From NCBI GenBank assembly GCA_026993075.1, contig JALWUQ010000039.1, positions 521-51,226 of the forward strand: a stretch of DNA of 50,706 bases, read 5' to 3'. Positions 1 through 11,648 of the stretch are shown here, one piece after another (the first letter of the stretch is position 1; each line of letters opens with the position of its first letter). The notes beneath the pieces were generated by a model. It saw nothing but the letters and a program-made list of their open reading frames with translations. It did no database searches and was not told the DNA's origin. The position numbers were made by a program, and so were the translations under genes. Source of the DNA: Campylobacteraceae bacterium. GTDB taxonomy: Bacteria; Campylobacterota; Campylobacteria; Campylobacterales; JALSKU01.

Positions 1-164
1 TACAAAGTTTTGAACCTAAAATTCAAAATGATGTGATTGAAATACTTCAACTTGAAAATTCAATGAATGCGAGAAATTCAGAGGGAGGAACTTCTGTAAG
101 TTCAACAAAAAAACAGTTAGAATACTTTCAAAGATGGTTAGAAAAAAATAACACTACCTTGTAA
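1..164 (+). CDS. argH: argininosuccinate lyase, 3' end only (partial)
   Basis: Frame from position 3 reads QSFEPKIQNDVIEILQLENSMNARNSEGGTSVSSTKKQLEYFQRWLEKNNTTL*. The 'RNSxGGT' motif is typical of the ArgH C-terminus. Confidence 0.8.
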   Translation, partial: QSFEPKIQNDVIEILQLENSMNARNSEGGTSVSSTKKQLEYFQRWLEKNNTTL

Positions 165-192
165 ACCAAGAATTTAGTAAGCCTTGGTTTAC
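161..192. terminator. stem-loop between convergent argH and HIT genes
   Basis: GTAAACCAAG (161-170) and CTTGGTTTAC (183-192) form a perfect 10-bp inverted repeat; no strong U-tract. Confidence 0.55.
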
Positions 193-208
193 GATGTTAT
201 ACTTATCA

Positions 209-565
209 CTATAAATAATTCTTACTTTCATTAGGGGCAAGCTGTGGCCAGATAAGTCTTGTACCTCCGAGAATATGAAAATGCAAATGCATGACTTCTT
301 GCCCGCCATCTTCTCCATTATTTACAACAAGCCTGTATCCTCTTGTATCAAGTTCAAGTTTCTTTGTCAATTCTTGAATAAAAATTGTCATTTTTGCCAT
401 CATCTCAGGTGTTGTATCTTGAAATTTTTCAACATGTTCTTTTGGGATGACCAGGATATGAATGGGAGCTTTTGGGTTTATATCATGAAAAGCTAAAAAT
501 TCATCATTTTCATAAACTTTATTGGATGGAATTTCGCCTTTGACAATTTTACAAAATATACACAT
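209..565 (-). CDS. hinT: histidine triad (HIT) nucleotide-binding protein
   Basis: MCIFCKI N-terminus, FHDINP, GQEVMHLHFHILGG histidine triad. Confidence 0.95.
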   Translation of the reverse strand: MCIFCKIVKGEIPSNKVYENDEFLAFHDINPKAPIHILVIPKEHVEKFQDTTPEMMAKMTIFIQELTKKLELDTRGYRLVVNNGEDGGQEVMHLHFHILGGTRLIWPQLAPNESKNYL

Positions 566-825
566 GAATTATCCTTTTTTTTCTTATTATATCCAAAAAT
601 TTTAGATTTTATATCTGCTTTTTTTACTTTTTTTGTAAATAAACCTTTGTTTGCTCCCAATATACCATAGTTTAAAAGGTATTTTAGGTAGTTTTTTTAA
701 TTAAGCCATTTTCCTCTATTTTAACGAAGTTAAGCTAATATAATACAAAAAATTTTAGATTTACTAAAATTTAATATACATTGTTGTAAAATAATCGCCC
801 TAATACGAATATTAAGGTAAATTAT

Positions 826-1818
826 TTGAATGACTATAAAGACAAAATAAAATCTACCATAGATTTAGATGAGCTTGAGAAGCTTAGGATTGAAATCTTT
901 GGTAAAAAGGGTGTTTTGGCTTCTTCTTTTATAAAGTTAAAAACTTTGGCAAATGAAGAAAAAAAAGAGTTTGCAAGTAAGCTCAATATTTTAAAAAAAG
1001 AGTTAAGTGACCTTTTGCAAGAAAAAAAAGAGTTTCTTGAGAGAAAAAGAGTGCAAAAAGTTATGCAAAAAGATGGTGTTGATGTTACTCTTTTTGATGC
1101 GGCTTGTGAGAGCGGAGCTTTACACCCGGTTCAAGCAACTATGGATAAAATCATAAATTACTTTTTAAATATGAATTTTGAAATTCAAGAAGGACCATTG
1201 GTTGAGGATGATTTTCATAACTTTGAAGCTTTAAACCTTCCAAAATACCATCCGGCAAGAGATATGCAAGATACTTTTTATTTTAAAGATTCAAAACTCT
1301 TAAGAACTCATACTTCGCCTGTCCAGATACGCACAATGCTCAAAAAAAAGCCACCTATTAGAGTTATAAGCCCCGGTGCTGTTTTTAGAAGAGATTTAGA
1401 CCTTACGCATACTCCTCAATTTCATCAAGTTGAGGGACTTGTGGTGGAAGAAGGAGATAAAGTTTCATTTGCAAATTTAAAATTTATTCTTGAAGATTTT
1501 TTAACTCATATCTTTGGAGATGTTAAAGTTAGATTTAGACCGAGCTTTTTTCCTTTCACAGAGCCTAGTGCTGAAGTGGATATAAGTTGTATATTTTGCA
1601 AGGGTGAGGGATGTAGGGTTTGTTCGCATACTGGATGGATTGAGATATTAGGTTGTGGGATGGTGGATCCAAATGTTTTTAGTGCTGTTGGCTATGAAAA
1701 TGTCAGCGGATATGCTTTTGGACTTGGTATAGAAAGAGTTGCGATGCTACTTCACCAAATACCGGATTTAAGATCACTTTATGAAGGAGATTTGAGATTG
1801 TTGGAGCAGTTTAAATGA
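826..1818 (+). CDS. pheS: phenylalanine-tRNA ligase alpha subunit
   Basis: [34 protein letters not shown]-like motif 3; TTG start. Confidence 0.98.
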   Translation: MNDYKDKIKSTIDLDELEKLRIEIFGKKGVLASSFIKLKTLANEEKKEFASKLNILKKELSDLLQEKKEFLERKRVQKVMQKDGVDVTLFDAACESGALHPVQATMDKIINYFLNMNFEIQEGPLVEDDFHNFEALNLPKYHPARDMQDTFYFKDSKLLRTHTSPVQIRTMLKKKPPIRVISPGAVFRRDLDLTHTPQFHQVEGLVVEEGDKVSFANLKFILEDFLTHIFGDVKVRFRPSFFPFTEPSAEVDISCIFCKGEGCRVCSHTGWIEILGCGMVDPNVFSAVGYENVSGYAFGLGIERVAMLLHQIPDLRSLYEGDLRLLEQFK

Positions 1819-4148
1819 TAATAACAAGAAATTGGTTAAATGAATGGATGGACATATCAAGTTTTACAAGTGAAAAAATTTGTGAAACTTTAAATGCAAT
1901 AGGCTTGGAAGTTGATAGCTTAACAAAGATAAGAATCCCTGAAAAAGTTGTTGTCGGTTTTGTAAAAGAGTGTATTCCTCACCCCAATGCGGATAAACTC
2001 TCTATATGTCAAGTTGATATTGGAGATACACTTACGCAGATAGTGTGTGGTGCTAAGAATGTAAAAGCAGGGCAATTTGTACCCGTAGCTATAATTGGTT
2101 GTGCTTTAAATGATAACTTTAAGATAAAAAAAGCAAAATTAAGAGGAGTTGAGTCAAACGGGATGATATGTTCCTCAAAAGAGATAGGCTTGCCAGAATT
2201 AAATGACGGAATATTAGAGCTTGATGAGAGTATAGGCAAACTTATAATCGGTAAAGAACTTTGTGAATATAGTGAATTAAATGATGATATAATAGATATA
2301 GAATTAACCGCTAATAGAGGTGACTGTCTTAGTGTATTTGGTGTTGCAAGAGACTTGAGTGCTGCACTTGAACAAGAGTTGCGCTATATAGAAGACATTA
2401 AAGATGAAGAAGGAAGTCTTGGAATAGGAAGGATATTGTCTTTAAAAGTAGAAAATGGATGTTCCTCATCTTTATTGTATAAAATTTTTACAAAAGATAT
2501 TCTTGAAAAACCTCTTCTTTTAGAATTGAGACTCTCATTTGTTAATAAAAAAGTAAATAATATATATGATATATATAAAACTTATACTACCCACTCAACA
2601 GGCGTAATCGTTAAATTATATTCATGTGATAAGATTATAAGTGAAGAAAATAAAAAATGTGAAATAATTTTGCAAAAAGATAAAAATGGCGCAGAGCTTA
2701 TAAAAATCAGAGATAAAATATCATATATAGGTTTAGATGAGAATGAAGAATTTAAGCCAGATGAAGATGATAAAACAATTATATTTGAAGAGAGTTATAT
2801 AAATCCTTTTGAGCTTTCAAAGGTTGGAAAATTTATTGATTCAAAATCTGACGCTACTTTTTATCATTGTAGCAGAGGAAGTGAGCCAAATCTCCAATTT
2901 GGATCAAAGTTTTTCAAAACAATACTAAATAAGTATTCAAAAGTACAGTGGTATAACGGTTCTGAAGTTATTGATAATTTACCAGAAGAAGCGATTGTAA
3001 ATATTTATCAAAATAAAATAAATGATTTAATTGGTATGGATATTGATAAAAACAATATTATAAAAATCTTGAAAAATCTTGGTTTTGCAATAAATGTTAA
3101 AGATGAGTCTGATTTGATAAGTGTAAAAGTACCTTTGCATAGGCATGATATTGTTAATGAGCAAGATATAACAGAAGAGATAGTAAGAATGGTTGGAATA
3201 GATAATATCAAATCAAAACCATTGGTATTTATAGAATCAAATAATCATAATGAAGCATTGAATAATTACAACAAGAGACTTTATTTTAGAAAAAAAGCAT
3301 CATCAGACGGTTTTTTTGAAATTGTAAATTATATATTTACTGACAGTAAAAAAGTAGAATTATTAAATTTACAAAGTCTTGAGAATTTAAAAGAGTTGGT
3401 AAATCCTGTAACAAATGAGCTGAATACCTTAAGAAGTTCTTTGCTTATCGGACTCCTTGAGACTGCAAGCAGGAATATCAAATATGGTAAGAAAAGTATA
3501 AGATTATTTGAGATGGGAAGTATTTTTGACCTAAACAGAAAAGAGAGTTTTGCATTTTCTCTTCTTTTTTCAGGAGAAACGCAAAGGGCTTCTATCAGAA
3601 ATAACGGAAAACCAGACATTATAAGTTTTTTTAATTTTTCTCAAAAAATTTCTTCAATTATCGGAAAGTTTGAAATTCAAAAAAGCCAAAATAAAAAAAG
3701 CTTTTTGTCTCCTTATGAATCAGGGGAAATTATAAAAGATGGTGAAATTATAGGAAATATAGGAAGGCTGCATCTTGATATTGAAAATGATTATGCACTA
3801 CCTGCAACATATTTTTGTGAGATAGATTTTGATAAATTGGTTTTTGCAGATGTCGTTGTAAAAGAATATTCCAAGTATCCATCTACCGAACGGGATTTTA
3901 GTTTTTTAGTTCCAAAAAATATCACATACAAAGATATAAAAAATATTATTTCTGAGCTTAAGCCAAAAGAGATAATTGGATTTTATCCAATTGATATATA
4001 TGAAAATAAAGAATTTAAAGATAATGTAAGTTTGACAATTAGATTTATTATGCAATCAAATGAAAAAACGCTAAACGATGAAGATATTACAAAATACAGT
4101 ACTGTTATTTTAGATGGACTTAAAGCAAAAGGTATAATTCTTAGATGA
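1815..4148 (+). CDS. pheT: phenylalanine-tRNA ligase beta subunit
   Basis: [25 protein letters not shown]5 '[14 protein letters not shown]', C-terminal FDX-ACB region; ATGA overlap with pheS. Confidence 0.97.
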   Translation: MIITRNWLNEWMDISSFTSEKICETLNAIGLEVDSLTKIRIPEKVVVGFVKECIPHPNADKLSICQVDIGDTLTQIVCGAKNVKAGQFVPVAIIGCALNDNFKIKKAKLRGVESNGMICSSKEIGLPELNDGILELDESIGKLIIGKELCEYSELNDDIIDIELTANRGDCLSVFGVARDLSAALEQELRYIEDIKDEEGSLGIGRILSLKVENGCSSSLLYKIFTKDILEKPLLLELRLSFVNKKVNNIYDIYKTYTTHSTGVIVKLYSCDKIISEENKKCEIILQKDKNGAELIKIRDKISYIGLDENEEFKPDEDDKTIIFEESYINPFELSKVGKFIDSKSDATFYHCSRGSEPNLQFGSKFFKTILNKYSKVQWYNGSEVIDNLPEEAIVNIYQNKINDLIGMDIDKNNIIKILKNLGFAINVKDESDLISVKVPLHRHDIVNEQDITEEIVRMVGIDNIKSKPLVFIESNNHNEALNNYNKRLYFRKKASSDGFFEIVNYIFTDSKKVELLNLQSLENLKELVNPVTNELNTLRSSLLIGLLETASRNIKYGKKSIRLFEMGSIFDLNRKESFAFSLLFSGETQRASIRNNGKPDIISFFNFSQKISSIIGKFEIQKSQNKKSFLSPYESGEIIKDGEIIGNIGRLHLDIENDYALPATYFCEIDFDKLVFADVVVKEYSKYPSTERDFSFLVPKNITYKDIKNIISELKPKEIIGFYPIDIYENKEFKDNVSLTIRFIMQSNEKTLNDEDITKYSTVILDGLKAKGIILR

Positions 4149-5443
4149 ATTTACTTACGATAAAAAAAGCTAATGAGTTTGATATTACTATTGATAATAT
4201 AGCAAGTGACAAGTCTATATCACATAGGTGTGCAATATTTTCACTTTTAAGTGATAAGCCTTCATATATCACTAACTATCTTCAAGCTGAAGATACTTTA
4301 AATACTTTAAAAATAATACAAAATCTTGGTGCAAAAGTTGATGTAAAAAATAATATTATAACAATCATACCACCAAAAAGTATAATAGAACCTATAACTA
4401 GCCTGGATTGTGGAAATTCTGGAACCGCAATGAGACTAATGTGTGGTTTTTTAGCTCAACAAGATGGCTTCTTTGTACTCGAAGGAGATAAGTACCTCTC
4501 AAGCAGACCAATGAAGAGGGTTACTGAGCCTTTAAAAAAAATAGGCGCCATGATAGATGGAAGAGAAGGTGGCAATCTTGCTCCAGTTGCAATCAGAGGC
4601 AATACTTTAAAAGGTTTTAACTATACAAGCCCAATAGCCTCGGCACAAGTAAAAAGTGCTATGATATTATCTGTTTTGCATGCTAAAGAGAAATCTTATT
4701 ATTACGAACCCTTTTTAAGCAGGGATCACACCGAGAGAATACTAAATGCAATGGGTGCAAAAATAAAAAATATCAATAAAGCAAATAAAAAATGTATTGA
4801 GATATGTCCTGTAAATAAACCTTTAAAACCACTTGATATAGAAGTTCCAGCAGACCCTTCCAGTGCATTTTTCTTTGCTGTTGCTACTGTCATATCAAAA
4901 AATTCAAAAATAGTATTAAAAAATATATTATTAAACCCTACTCGTATAGAAGCTTTTGAAGTTTTAAAGAAAATGGGTGCAGATATCAAATATATCATAA
5001 AAAATAGTAAATATGAAACAGTAGGTGATATAATAGTAAAAAGCTCAAGCTTAAAAGGTGTGAATATAAAAGATAATATTGCCTGGCTTATAGATGAGCT
5101 TCCGGCTTTGTCAATTGCTATGAGCGTTGCTGAAGGTGTTAGTACAGTTACAAATGCAAAAGAATTAAGAGTCAAAGAGAGCGATAGGATAAAAAGTGTT
5201 GTGGCAAATCTAAAAGCATGCGGAGTTGATGCAAAAGAGCTTGAGGATGGATATGTTATAAATGGCTCTACAATAAAAAATGCACTTATTGACAGCTTCG
5301 GTGACCACAGAATAGCTATGAGTTTTGCAATAGCTGGAGTGATAGAAGGTATGAGTATAACTGATATTGAGTGTATAAAGACATCTTTTCCAAACTTTTT
5401 AGAACTTTTAAGTAAAATCACAAAGGTAGAAAATGCAAATTAA
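4145..5443 (+). CDS. aroA: 3-phosphoshikimate 1-carboxyvinyltransferase (EPSP synthase)
   Basis: [41 protein letters not shown]. Confidence 0.98.
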   Translation: MNLLTIKKANEFDITIDNIASDKSISHRCAIFSLLSDKPSYITNYLQAEDTLNTLKIIQNLGAKVDVKNNIITIIPPKSIIEPITSLDCGNSGTAMRLMCGFLAQQDGFFVLEGDKYLSSRPMKRVTEPLKKIGAMIDGREGGNLAPVAIRGNTLKGFNYTSPIASAQVKSAMILSVLHAKEKSYYYEPFLSRDHTERILNAMGAKIKNINKANKKCIEICPVNKPLKPLDIEVPADPSSAFFFAVATVISKNSKIVLKNILLNPTRIEAFEVLKKMGADIKYIIKNSKYETVGDIIVKSSSLKGVNIKDNIAWLIDELPALSIAMSVAEGVSTVTNAKELRVKESDRIKSVVANLKACGVDAKELEDGYVINGSTIKNALIDSFGDHRIAMSFAIAGVIEGMSITDIECIKTSFPNFLELLSKITKVENAN

Positions 5444-6257
5444 ATTGGCACAGAATTATGGATTTTGTTTTGGAGTAAAAAGAGCCATAAAGATAGCTGA
5501 AGAATCACCCAACAGTACAACTATTGGACCTTTAATACACAACAATGAAGAAATAAATAGGTTAAAAAATTCATTTAATGTTGATACAATACATGATTAT
5601 TCAAAGGCTAAAAATATAAAAAAGGCTATTATAAGAACTCATGGCATAACAAAAGATAATTTAAAAGATTTAAAAAATAATAATATTGATATAGTTGATG
5701 CAACTTGTCCGTTTGTCTCAAAACCACAAAAAATCTGTGAGCAAATGAGTGCAAAAGGATATCAAATCATTATATTTGGAGATATTAAACATCCAGAAGT
5801 TCAGGGTGTTATGAGTTATTCAAAAAATGGTGCAACTGTTATTTTGGATAAAGAAGAATTAAAAAATACTGCATTTCAGAGTAAAGTAGCAGTAATATCT
5901 CAGACAACAAGAAAATTTTCAGAATTTTTGGATATTGTTAATTTTATAATACCAAAATGTAAGGAAACAAGAGTTTTTAATACAATTTGTAATGCTACAT
6001 TTGAAAATCAAGAAGCCATAAGAGTTCTTTCTTTGGAGTGTGATGTTATGATCATAATAGGTGGGAAAAACTCTTCTAATACTAAGCAGCTTTATGCTAT
6101 TTCAAAATCAAATTGTTTTGACAGTTATCTGATAGAAAATGAGCAGGAATTAGAAAAAAAATGGTTTGAAAATAAAAATATTTGTGGCATAAGTGCCGGT
6201 GCTTCTACTCCTGATTGGATTATTCAAAAGGTTATGAGGAAAATAAAAGAATTATAA
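5433..6257 (+). CDS. ispH: 4-hydroxy-3-methylbut-2-enyl diphosphate reductase
   Basis: [32 protein letters not shown]. Confidence 0.97.
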   Translation: MQIKLAQNYGFCFGVKRAIKIAEESPNSTTIGPLIHNNEEINRLKNSFNVDTIHDYSKAKNIKKAIIRTHGITKDNLKDLKNNNIDIVDATCPFVSKPQKICEQMSAKGYQIIIFGDIKHPEVQGVMSYSKNGATVILDKEELKNTAFQSKVAVISQTTRKFSEFLDIVNFIIPKCKETRVFNTICNATFENQEAIRVLSLECDVMIIIGGKNSSNTKQLYAISKSNCFDSYLIENEQELEKKWFENKNICGISAGASTPDWIIQKVMRKIKEL

Positions 6258-6266
6258 TGATATAAT
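6258..6266 (+). promoter_or_regulatory. extended -10 sigma-70 promoter for rpsA
   Basis: TGATATAAT matches TGnTATAAT and lies about 90 nt upstream of rpsA. Confidence 0.6.
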
Positions 6267-6277
6267 AAAGGGAGATT

Positions 6278-6325
6278 TTAAGTTTTAAACTCAGGATTAA
6301 CTGTAATCTTAAATTTAGAGCTTAA
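6278..6325 (+). promoter_or_regulatory. long stem-loop in the rpsA 5' leader
   Basis: 20 of 22 positions pair (3 G-U, 2 C-A mismatches) around an ACTG loop. Confidence 0.5.
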
Positions 6326-6355
6326 GAGGCTAAAAATTTTACATAAGGAAGTGTG

Positions 6356-8041
6356 ATGGCAGAGGTGAACGATAAAGTTCAAGCAAACCGGGAGGTTGGC
6401 GAAAGTGAAGAAAATTTGGAAGATTTTGCAACAATGTTGGAAGAGTCTTTTAAAAAAGAGACTAGTGGTGAAAATATAGTTGACGGTGTAATTGTTGATA
6501 TCAATGAAAATATAGCACTTGTAGATGTCGGCAAGAAAAGTGAGGGAGTGTTAAATATCTCTGAAATTACTGATTTTGACGGTAATTTACAATATAAAGT
6601 CGGAGACTCCATAAAAGTTATAATTACCGGCTTTAGAAATGAACGACCGAGTGTATCTCATAGAAAAGCTCTTAAAAAAGAAAAGGTAAAAGAATTTATC
6701 AAAAATTATAGCGAAGATAGTGATCTAATTATAGAGGGTAAAGTCGTGGGTAAAAATAGAGGAGGTTTTATTGTCGATAATGAACAATCAATAGAATTTT
6801 TCTTACCAAGATCACAAGCTGCCTACAGAGATGCAAATGCACTTGTCGGAAAAAATATCAAGGCAAAAGTTATAAAAGTTGATAAAGATACTGAGTCAAT
6901 TATAATATCAAGAAAAAAATACCTTGATGATGAAAGAAAAAAGAAAAAAGAATTGATAGATAATTTATTAGAAACCAATGAGATTATAGAAGGTGTTATC
7001 AAAAAAATAACAACTTATGGAATGTTTGTTGATATAGGCGGAGTTGACGGACTTGTTCATTACAGTGAAATAAGCTACAAAGGACCTGTAAATCCCGCAA
7101 GTTTATATAAAGAGGGTGAAAGTGTGGCTGTAAAGGCTATAAAATATGATAAAGAGAAGAGACATTTATCGCTTTCTATAAAAGCTGTACAAAGTGACCC
7201 ATGGGAAGGTATAGATGAACAACTTGAAGTTGGAGATGTTATAAAAGTTATAGTTAGCAATATAGAGCCTTATGGCGTTTTTGTTGATATTGGAAATGAT
7301 ATAGAAGGCTTTTTGCATATAAGTGAAATCTCATGGGATAAAAATATAAAAAATCCTAAAGAATATATTCAAATTGGCGAAGAAATAGATGTCGAGGTTA
7401 TCGAAATAGACCCAAATAGCAGAAGGCTCAGAGTTAGTCTTAAAAATTTAAAAACAAAACCTTTTGAAGAATTTTTACAAAATTATAAAACAGGAGATAT
7501 TGTAAAAGGTATTATTACAACGATTACAAATTTTGGTGCTTTTGTAAAAATTGACGCGGTTGAAGGATTGCTTCATAACGAAGATACATCTTGGAATAGA
7601 AATGATAAATGTAAAGATTTATATACAGTTGGTGATGAAGTTGAAGTTAAAATTACCAAAATAGACAGAGATAATGAAAAAATATCTTTAAGTATAAAAG
7701 AATTATTGGAAAATCCAGTTCAAAAATATGCTAAAAATCATAAGGTTGGAGAGATTATTGAGGGAACAATACGAGATATGAAGGATTTTGGTATATTCGT
7801 TGAGCTTGAAGATAATGTTGATGCACTTATAAGAAAAGAGGATTTGGGAGATATTTCTTATGATGATTTGAAAATTGGAGATAAAATTGAATCAGTGATA
7901 GATTTCATAGATGGTCGCAAAAATAGAATAAGACTTTCAGTTAGAAAACTTTCTAAAATGAAAGAAAAGGCAATGTTAAATGAAATAAACAAGGATGACA
8001 AAATGACACTTGGAGATATCATACAAGATCAATTAAAATAA
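6356..8041 (+). CDS. rpsA: 30S ribosomal protein S1
   Basis: Six S1 repeats (YGMFVDIGGVDGLVHYSEIS, YGVFVDI..EGFLHISEISW etc.). Start is ATG 6356 or GTG 6353. Confidence 0.97.
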   Translation: MAEVNDKVQANREVGESEENLEDFATMLEESFKKETSGENIVDGVIVDINENIALVDVGKKSEGVLNISEITDFDGNLQYKVGDSIKVIITGFRNERPSVSHRKALKKEKVKEFIKNYSEDSDLIIEGKVVGKNRGGFIVDNEQSIEFFLPRSQAAYRDANALVGKNIKAKVIKVDKDTESIIISRKKYLDDERKKKKELIDNLLETNEIIEGVIKKITTYGMFVDIGGVDGLVHYSEISYKGPVNPASLYKEGESVAVKAIKYDKEKRHLSLSIKAVQSDPWEGIDEQLEVGDVIKVIVSNIEPYGVFVDIGNDIEGFLHISEISWDKNIKNPKEYIQIGEEIDVEVIEIDPNSRRLRVSLKNLKTKPFEEFLQNYKTGDIVKGIITTITNFGAFVKIDAVEGLLHNEDTSWNRNDKCKDLYTVGDEVEVKITKIDRDNEKISLSIKELLENPVQKYAKNHKVGEIIEGTIRDMKDFGIFVELEDNVDALIRKEDLGDISYDDLKIGDKIESVIDFIDGRKNRIRLSVRKLSKMKEKAMLNEINKDDKMTLGDIIQDQLK

Positions 8042-8082
8042 AGTATAATTTTAGAATTCACAAATGAATAAGGAGCCACAAG

Positions 8083-8574
8083 GTGAGTAAAAAGATTTTA
8101 TTTTCTATTTTTGCCTTGCTGTCTCTTTTTGTTATTGTTTTATTGGTTATTTTGCTGAGTAATACAAATAATATTCCAAATACTCTAACAAGGCATAAAA
8201 ATAGTTCTGCTCTTTCGTCTAATTCAAAAATTAAGAATTATACTTGGGCAAAAAAACTTTCAGACTACAAGCAAAGGGATTTTATGATGCCTGTTACAGA
8301 CTTGTTTATCTCAATAAAATTTAAAACAAATAATAAAAAAGTATTTAAAAAGAAAAAAAAGTATTTTAGATTGATAATTTCCAATCTTGATAATTATTCA
8401 CTTTTTTGTATTTTACAGGTTTTTGAAAATAAAAAAATTCCTTTTGTTATACAAAAAAGCTATAATAATTCTAAAATATATATGAATGCTGATAAAATGA
8501 TTGATTTAAGTAGCATCTCAAAAGAGTTAATGAAATATAATATAAAATCTAAGATAAAACTTGTTGAGAAATGA
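8083..8574 (+). CDS. membrane-anchored periplasmic hypothetical protein
   Basis: N-terminal TM helix; AAGGAG RBS and GTG start; occupies the rpsA-serA slot that holds a periplasmic protein gene in Campylobacter. Confidence 0.8.
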   Translation: MSKKILFSIFALLSLFVIVLLVILLSNTNNIPNTLTRHKNSSALSSNSKIKNYTWAKKLSDYKQRDFMMPVTDLFISIKFKTNNKKVFKKKKKYFRLIISNLDNYSLFCILQVFENKKIPFVIQKSYNNSKIYMNADKMIDLSSISKELMKYNIKSKIKLVEK

Positions 8575-8599
8575 GTTTATTTTATTGAAAGGTAAAATT

Positions 8600-10186
8600 A
8601 TGAGTGTAAATAAAGTTATTGTATGTGATACTATACACCAAAAGGGTATAAAACAGTTAGAATCTGAAGAGGATATTGAAGTTTTTAATGCAGCTGACTT
8701 GCCAAAAGATGAATTATTGGAGCATCTTGGAGGGTTTGATATAGCTATAACAAGAAGTTCAACTCCTGTAAATAAACTTTTTTTGGAAAAGGCAAGTAGC
8801 TTAAAAGCTTTGGTAAGGGCTGGCGTAGGTGTTGATAATGTTGATATGCAAGAGTGTAGTAAAAGAGGCATAATAGTAATGAATGTTCCTACTGCAAATA
8901 CAATAGCAGCAGTGGAAATGACTATGGCACATCTTTTGGCATCAGCAAGATCTTTTACAAATGCAAATAATGACTTAAAATTAAATAGAGTTTGGAAAAG
9001 AGAGAGTTGGTATGGTATTGAATTGTGTGAAAAAAAACTTGGAATTATCGGTTTTGGCAATATTGGTAGTAGAGTAGCCAAAAGAGCCAAAGCATTTGGT
9101 ATGGATATTGTTGCGTATGATCCATATATAAAACCGAAAAAAGCTATTGATATGGGGGTAAAATATACAGAAAATTTAGATGATATTTTGGCTTGCGATT
9201 TTATAACTATACATACTCCAAAAAATAATGAGACTATCAATATTATTTCTGATAGTGAGATTAATAAAATGAAAAATGGTGTCAGATTGGTTAATTGTGC
9301 CAGAGGTGGGCTATATAATGAAGATGCTCTGTATAAAAATGTAAAAAGTGGAAAAATTGCATATTTGGGCATGGATGTCTTTGTAAAAGAGCCTGCTGTG
9401 AATGATAAATTACTTGATTTGGAGAATATCTCAGTAACACCACATTTAGGTGCAAACACTCATGAATCACAAGAAAAAATTGCGACTCAAGCCGCGAGTC
9501 AGGCTATAAGTGCAGCTAGAGGGAGTAGCTATCCAAATGCTCTTAATTTACCTATTGATGAAAGCAAAGTCCCATCTTTTGTAAAACCTTATTTAGAACT
9601 AGTTCAAAAAATGGGATCTTTTGCTTCACAGGTTAATAAAGCTTCCATAGATACAATAAAGATTGTTACAGAAGGTGATATTTCGGAATATCTCGAATCT
9701 ATGTTGACATTTGCAATAGTTGGAGCATTAAAAGGCTCTATGGGTGAGCATATAAATTATGTAAATGCTGAATTTGTTGCTAAAGAAAAGAATATAAAAA
9801 CTATTACAGAAGTTACAAATACCAGTAGTGCGTTTAAAAACAGTATAGATTTATATCTTAGTACCGATAAAGGTACTACTGAGATAAAAGGAACTGTTTT
9901 TGGTGATGATGTTCAAAGAATAGTCCGTTTTGACGGATTTAATTTAGATATTGAGCCAAAAGGAAAAATGGTTATCTTTAAAAATACAGATGTACCCGGA
10001 GTTATAGGAGATATAGGAACAATTTTATCAAGAAATGGTATCAATATAGCTGATTTTAGACTAGGCAGAGACAATAAAAATCATGCACTTTCTGTTATAT
10101 TGGTTGATAATAATATTTCAAAAGAGGTCTTGCAGGAATTAGGTAAGCTTGCAACTTGTCTTGGAGTTTCTTATGCTGTTATATAA
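8600..10186 (+). CDS. serA: D-3-phosphoglycerate dehydrogenase
   Basis: RAGVGVDNVD, GFGNIG, NCARGG, TPHLGA, C-terminal ACT (DVPGVIG). Likely start ATG 8600 (ORF track 8561). Confidence 0.97.
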   Translation: MSVNKVIVCDTIHQKGIKQLESEEDIEVFNAADLPKDELLEHLGGFDIAITRSSTPVNKLFLEKASSLKALVRAGVGVDNVDMQECSKRGIIVMNVPTANTIAAVEMTMAHLLASARSFTNANNDLKLNRVWKRESWYGIELCEKKLGIIGFGNIGSRVAKRAKAFGMDIVAYDPYIKPKKAIDMGVKYTENLDDILACDFITIHTPKNNETINIISDSEINKMKNGVRLVNCARGGLYNEDALYKNVKSGKIAYLGMDVFVKEPAVNDKLLDLENISVTPHLGANTHESQEKIATQAASQAISAARGSSYPNALNLPIDESKVPSFVKPYLELVQKMGSFASQVNKASIDTIKIVTEGDISEYLESMLTFAIVGALKGSMGEHINYVNAEFVAKEKNIKTITEVTNTSSAFKNSIDLYLSTDKGTTEIKGTVFGDDVQRIVRFDGFNLDIEPKGKMVIFKNTDVPGVIGDIGTILSRNGINIADFRLGRDNKNHALSVILVDNNISKEVLQELGKLATCLGVSYAVI

Positions 10187-10241
10187 AAATATCATTTTTA
10201 TATAACAATTTCTTATGTTAAAAATTTTATCAGTATATTTT

Positions 10242-10250
10242 TGGTATAAT
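10242..10250 (+). promoter_or_regulatory. extended -10 promoter of efflux operon
   Basis: TGGTATAAT upstream of GGAG RBS and ATG 10278. Confidence 0.55.
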
Positions 10251-10277
10251 ATCTGACTTTTTATTTTGGAGTTGTAA

Positions 10278-11648
10278 ATGTACAGAATTATTTGGCTTTT
10301 TTTATTGCCTGTTTTTTTGCTTGGGGCAGATTTTGGAGCTTTGAAGAACTTAACTCTTAGTGATGCTGAGAATATTGTTAAAAAAGATAACTTAGAGATA
10401 AGTATAGCAAAATTTAATGCACGGATGAGGGCAATGGATGTGAAAGTTGCCAAAGGGTATAATTACGGCAAATTAGATCTTACTCAGATATTTGTAAGAT
10501 CTAATGATGCTCTTAGTGTATTTGGTGCAAAACTTATGAGTAGAGAAGCTACATTTGGAGATTTTGGATTTAGACAATTTTTATCTCCTCCTCCCGGCAC
10601 TACAGATATTTTAAAAGTTCAACCGACTGATTTAAACTATCCGGGATATAGAAATCTGTTTCAAACAAAACTTATGTATAAAGTTCCTATTTATACAGGT
10701 GGAAAACTGACTCAGTACAGAAAAATTGCACAAGAGATGGTGATTTTAAGCAAGCTTAATTCTCAAAAAGTTATTTCAAAAGTTTTATTTCAAACAAAAA
10801 AAACTTTTTTTAATATCACTTTACTGGATAATTATATAATAAATTTGAATATTATACTTAAAAATATGAATATTTTAGAAAATACAGTAAAGAGCATGAT
10901 AGAAGTGGGATATGCAAAGCATGTCGATTTACTCGAAGTTCTTGCGAAAAAATCAAATGTACTTAGAATGCTAAATCAGGCAAAAGTTAATAGAAAACTT
11001 GCCTATGAGTTTTTATCTTTTTTACTAAATAAAAATGTATATTCGATAGTACATGTTGATATAAAAAAAATTACAATGAATATAAGCAAAGCGTTTATTA
11101 TCTCTAAAAACCTAGATATAAAAATGGCAAAAGTTGGGTTAAAAGTAAGTAAAATGAATATAAAACTAAAAAAATCAGCATTTTTACCCCAAATTGGAGC
11201 CTTTGGAGCATTTTCATCTGCAGATAAAACTTTTGTAGGTAATTTTAGAAAGCATGATGCTTATACTATCGGTGTTCAGTTTAAATGGAATTTGTTTAAT
11301 GGTGGAATCGATAAGAGTAATCTTGAAAAGGCTAGAGTAAAAAGTATGAAGATTGCAGAACAATTAGAGCTTGCTAAAAAAGGAATTGCTTTAAAAATTG
11401 ATAAGATAAAGACTCAAATAGAGAGTATCCAATTTGATATAAATAGTTTAAATGAAGAGCTAAAACTCTCTCGTGCAATTTATAAAAACTATTTAGGAAG
11501 ATATAAAGAGAAATTAATTTCAATAAATGATGTTATTATAAAACAATCCCAAGAAATTGAGAAAGTTTTAAAACTTGAAAAAGCCAAGACAAAAAGAAAT
11601 AAAAAAGTTTTTGAATTGGAAAAAATTGCTAATGGAGATATAAAATGA
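10278..11648 (+). CDS. TolC family outer-membrane efflux protein
   Basis: Signal peptide, two OEP repeats (PIYTGG; FLPQIG..WNLFNGG); heads an efflux operon. Confidence 0.9.
   Translation: MYRIIWLFLLPVFLLGADFGALKNLTLSDAENIVKKDNLEISIAKFNARMRAMDVKVAKGYNYGKLDLTQIFVRSNDALSVFGAKLMSREATFGDFGFRQFLSPPPGTTDILKVQPTDLNYPGYRNLFQTKLMYKVPIYTGGKLTQYRKIAQEMVILSKLNSQKVISKVLFQTKKTFFNITLLDNYIINLNIILKNMNILENTVKSMIEVGYAKHVDLLEVLAKKSNVLRMLNQAKVNRKLAYEFLSFLLNKNVYSIVHVDIKKITMNISKAFIISKNLDIKMAKVGLKVSKMNIKLKKSAFLPQIGAFGAFSSADKTFVGNFRKHDAYTIGVQFKWNLFNGGIDKSNLEKARVKSMKIAEQLELAKKGIALKIDKIKTQIESIQFDINSLNEELKLSRAIYKNYLGRYKEKLISINDVIIKQSQEIEKVLKLEKAKTKRNKKVFELEKIANGDIK

Noticed and set aside
600-695. Short minus-strand frame (YLKYLLNYGILGANKGLFTKKVKKSRYKI) in the HIT-pheS spacer
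   Set aside because: No convincing start or RBS and no recognisable family.
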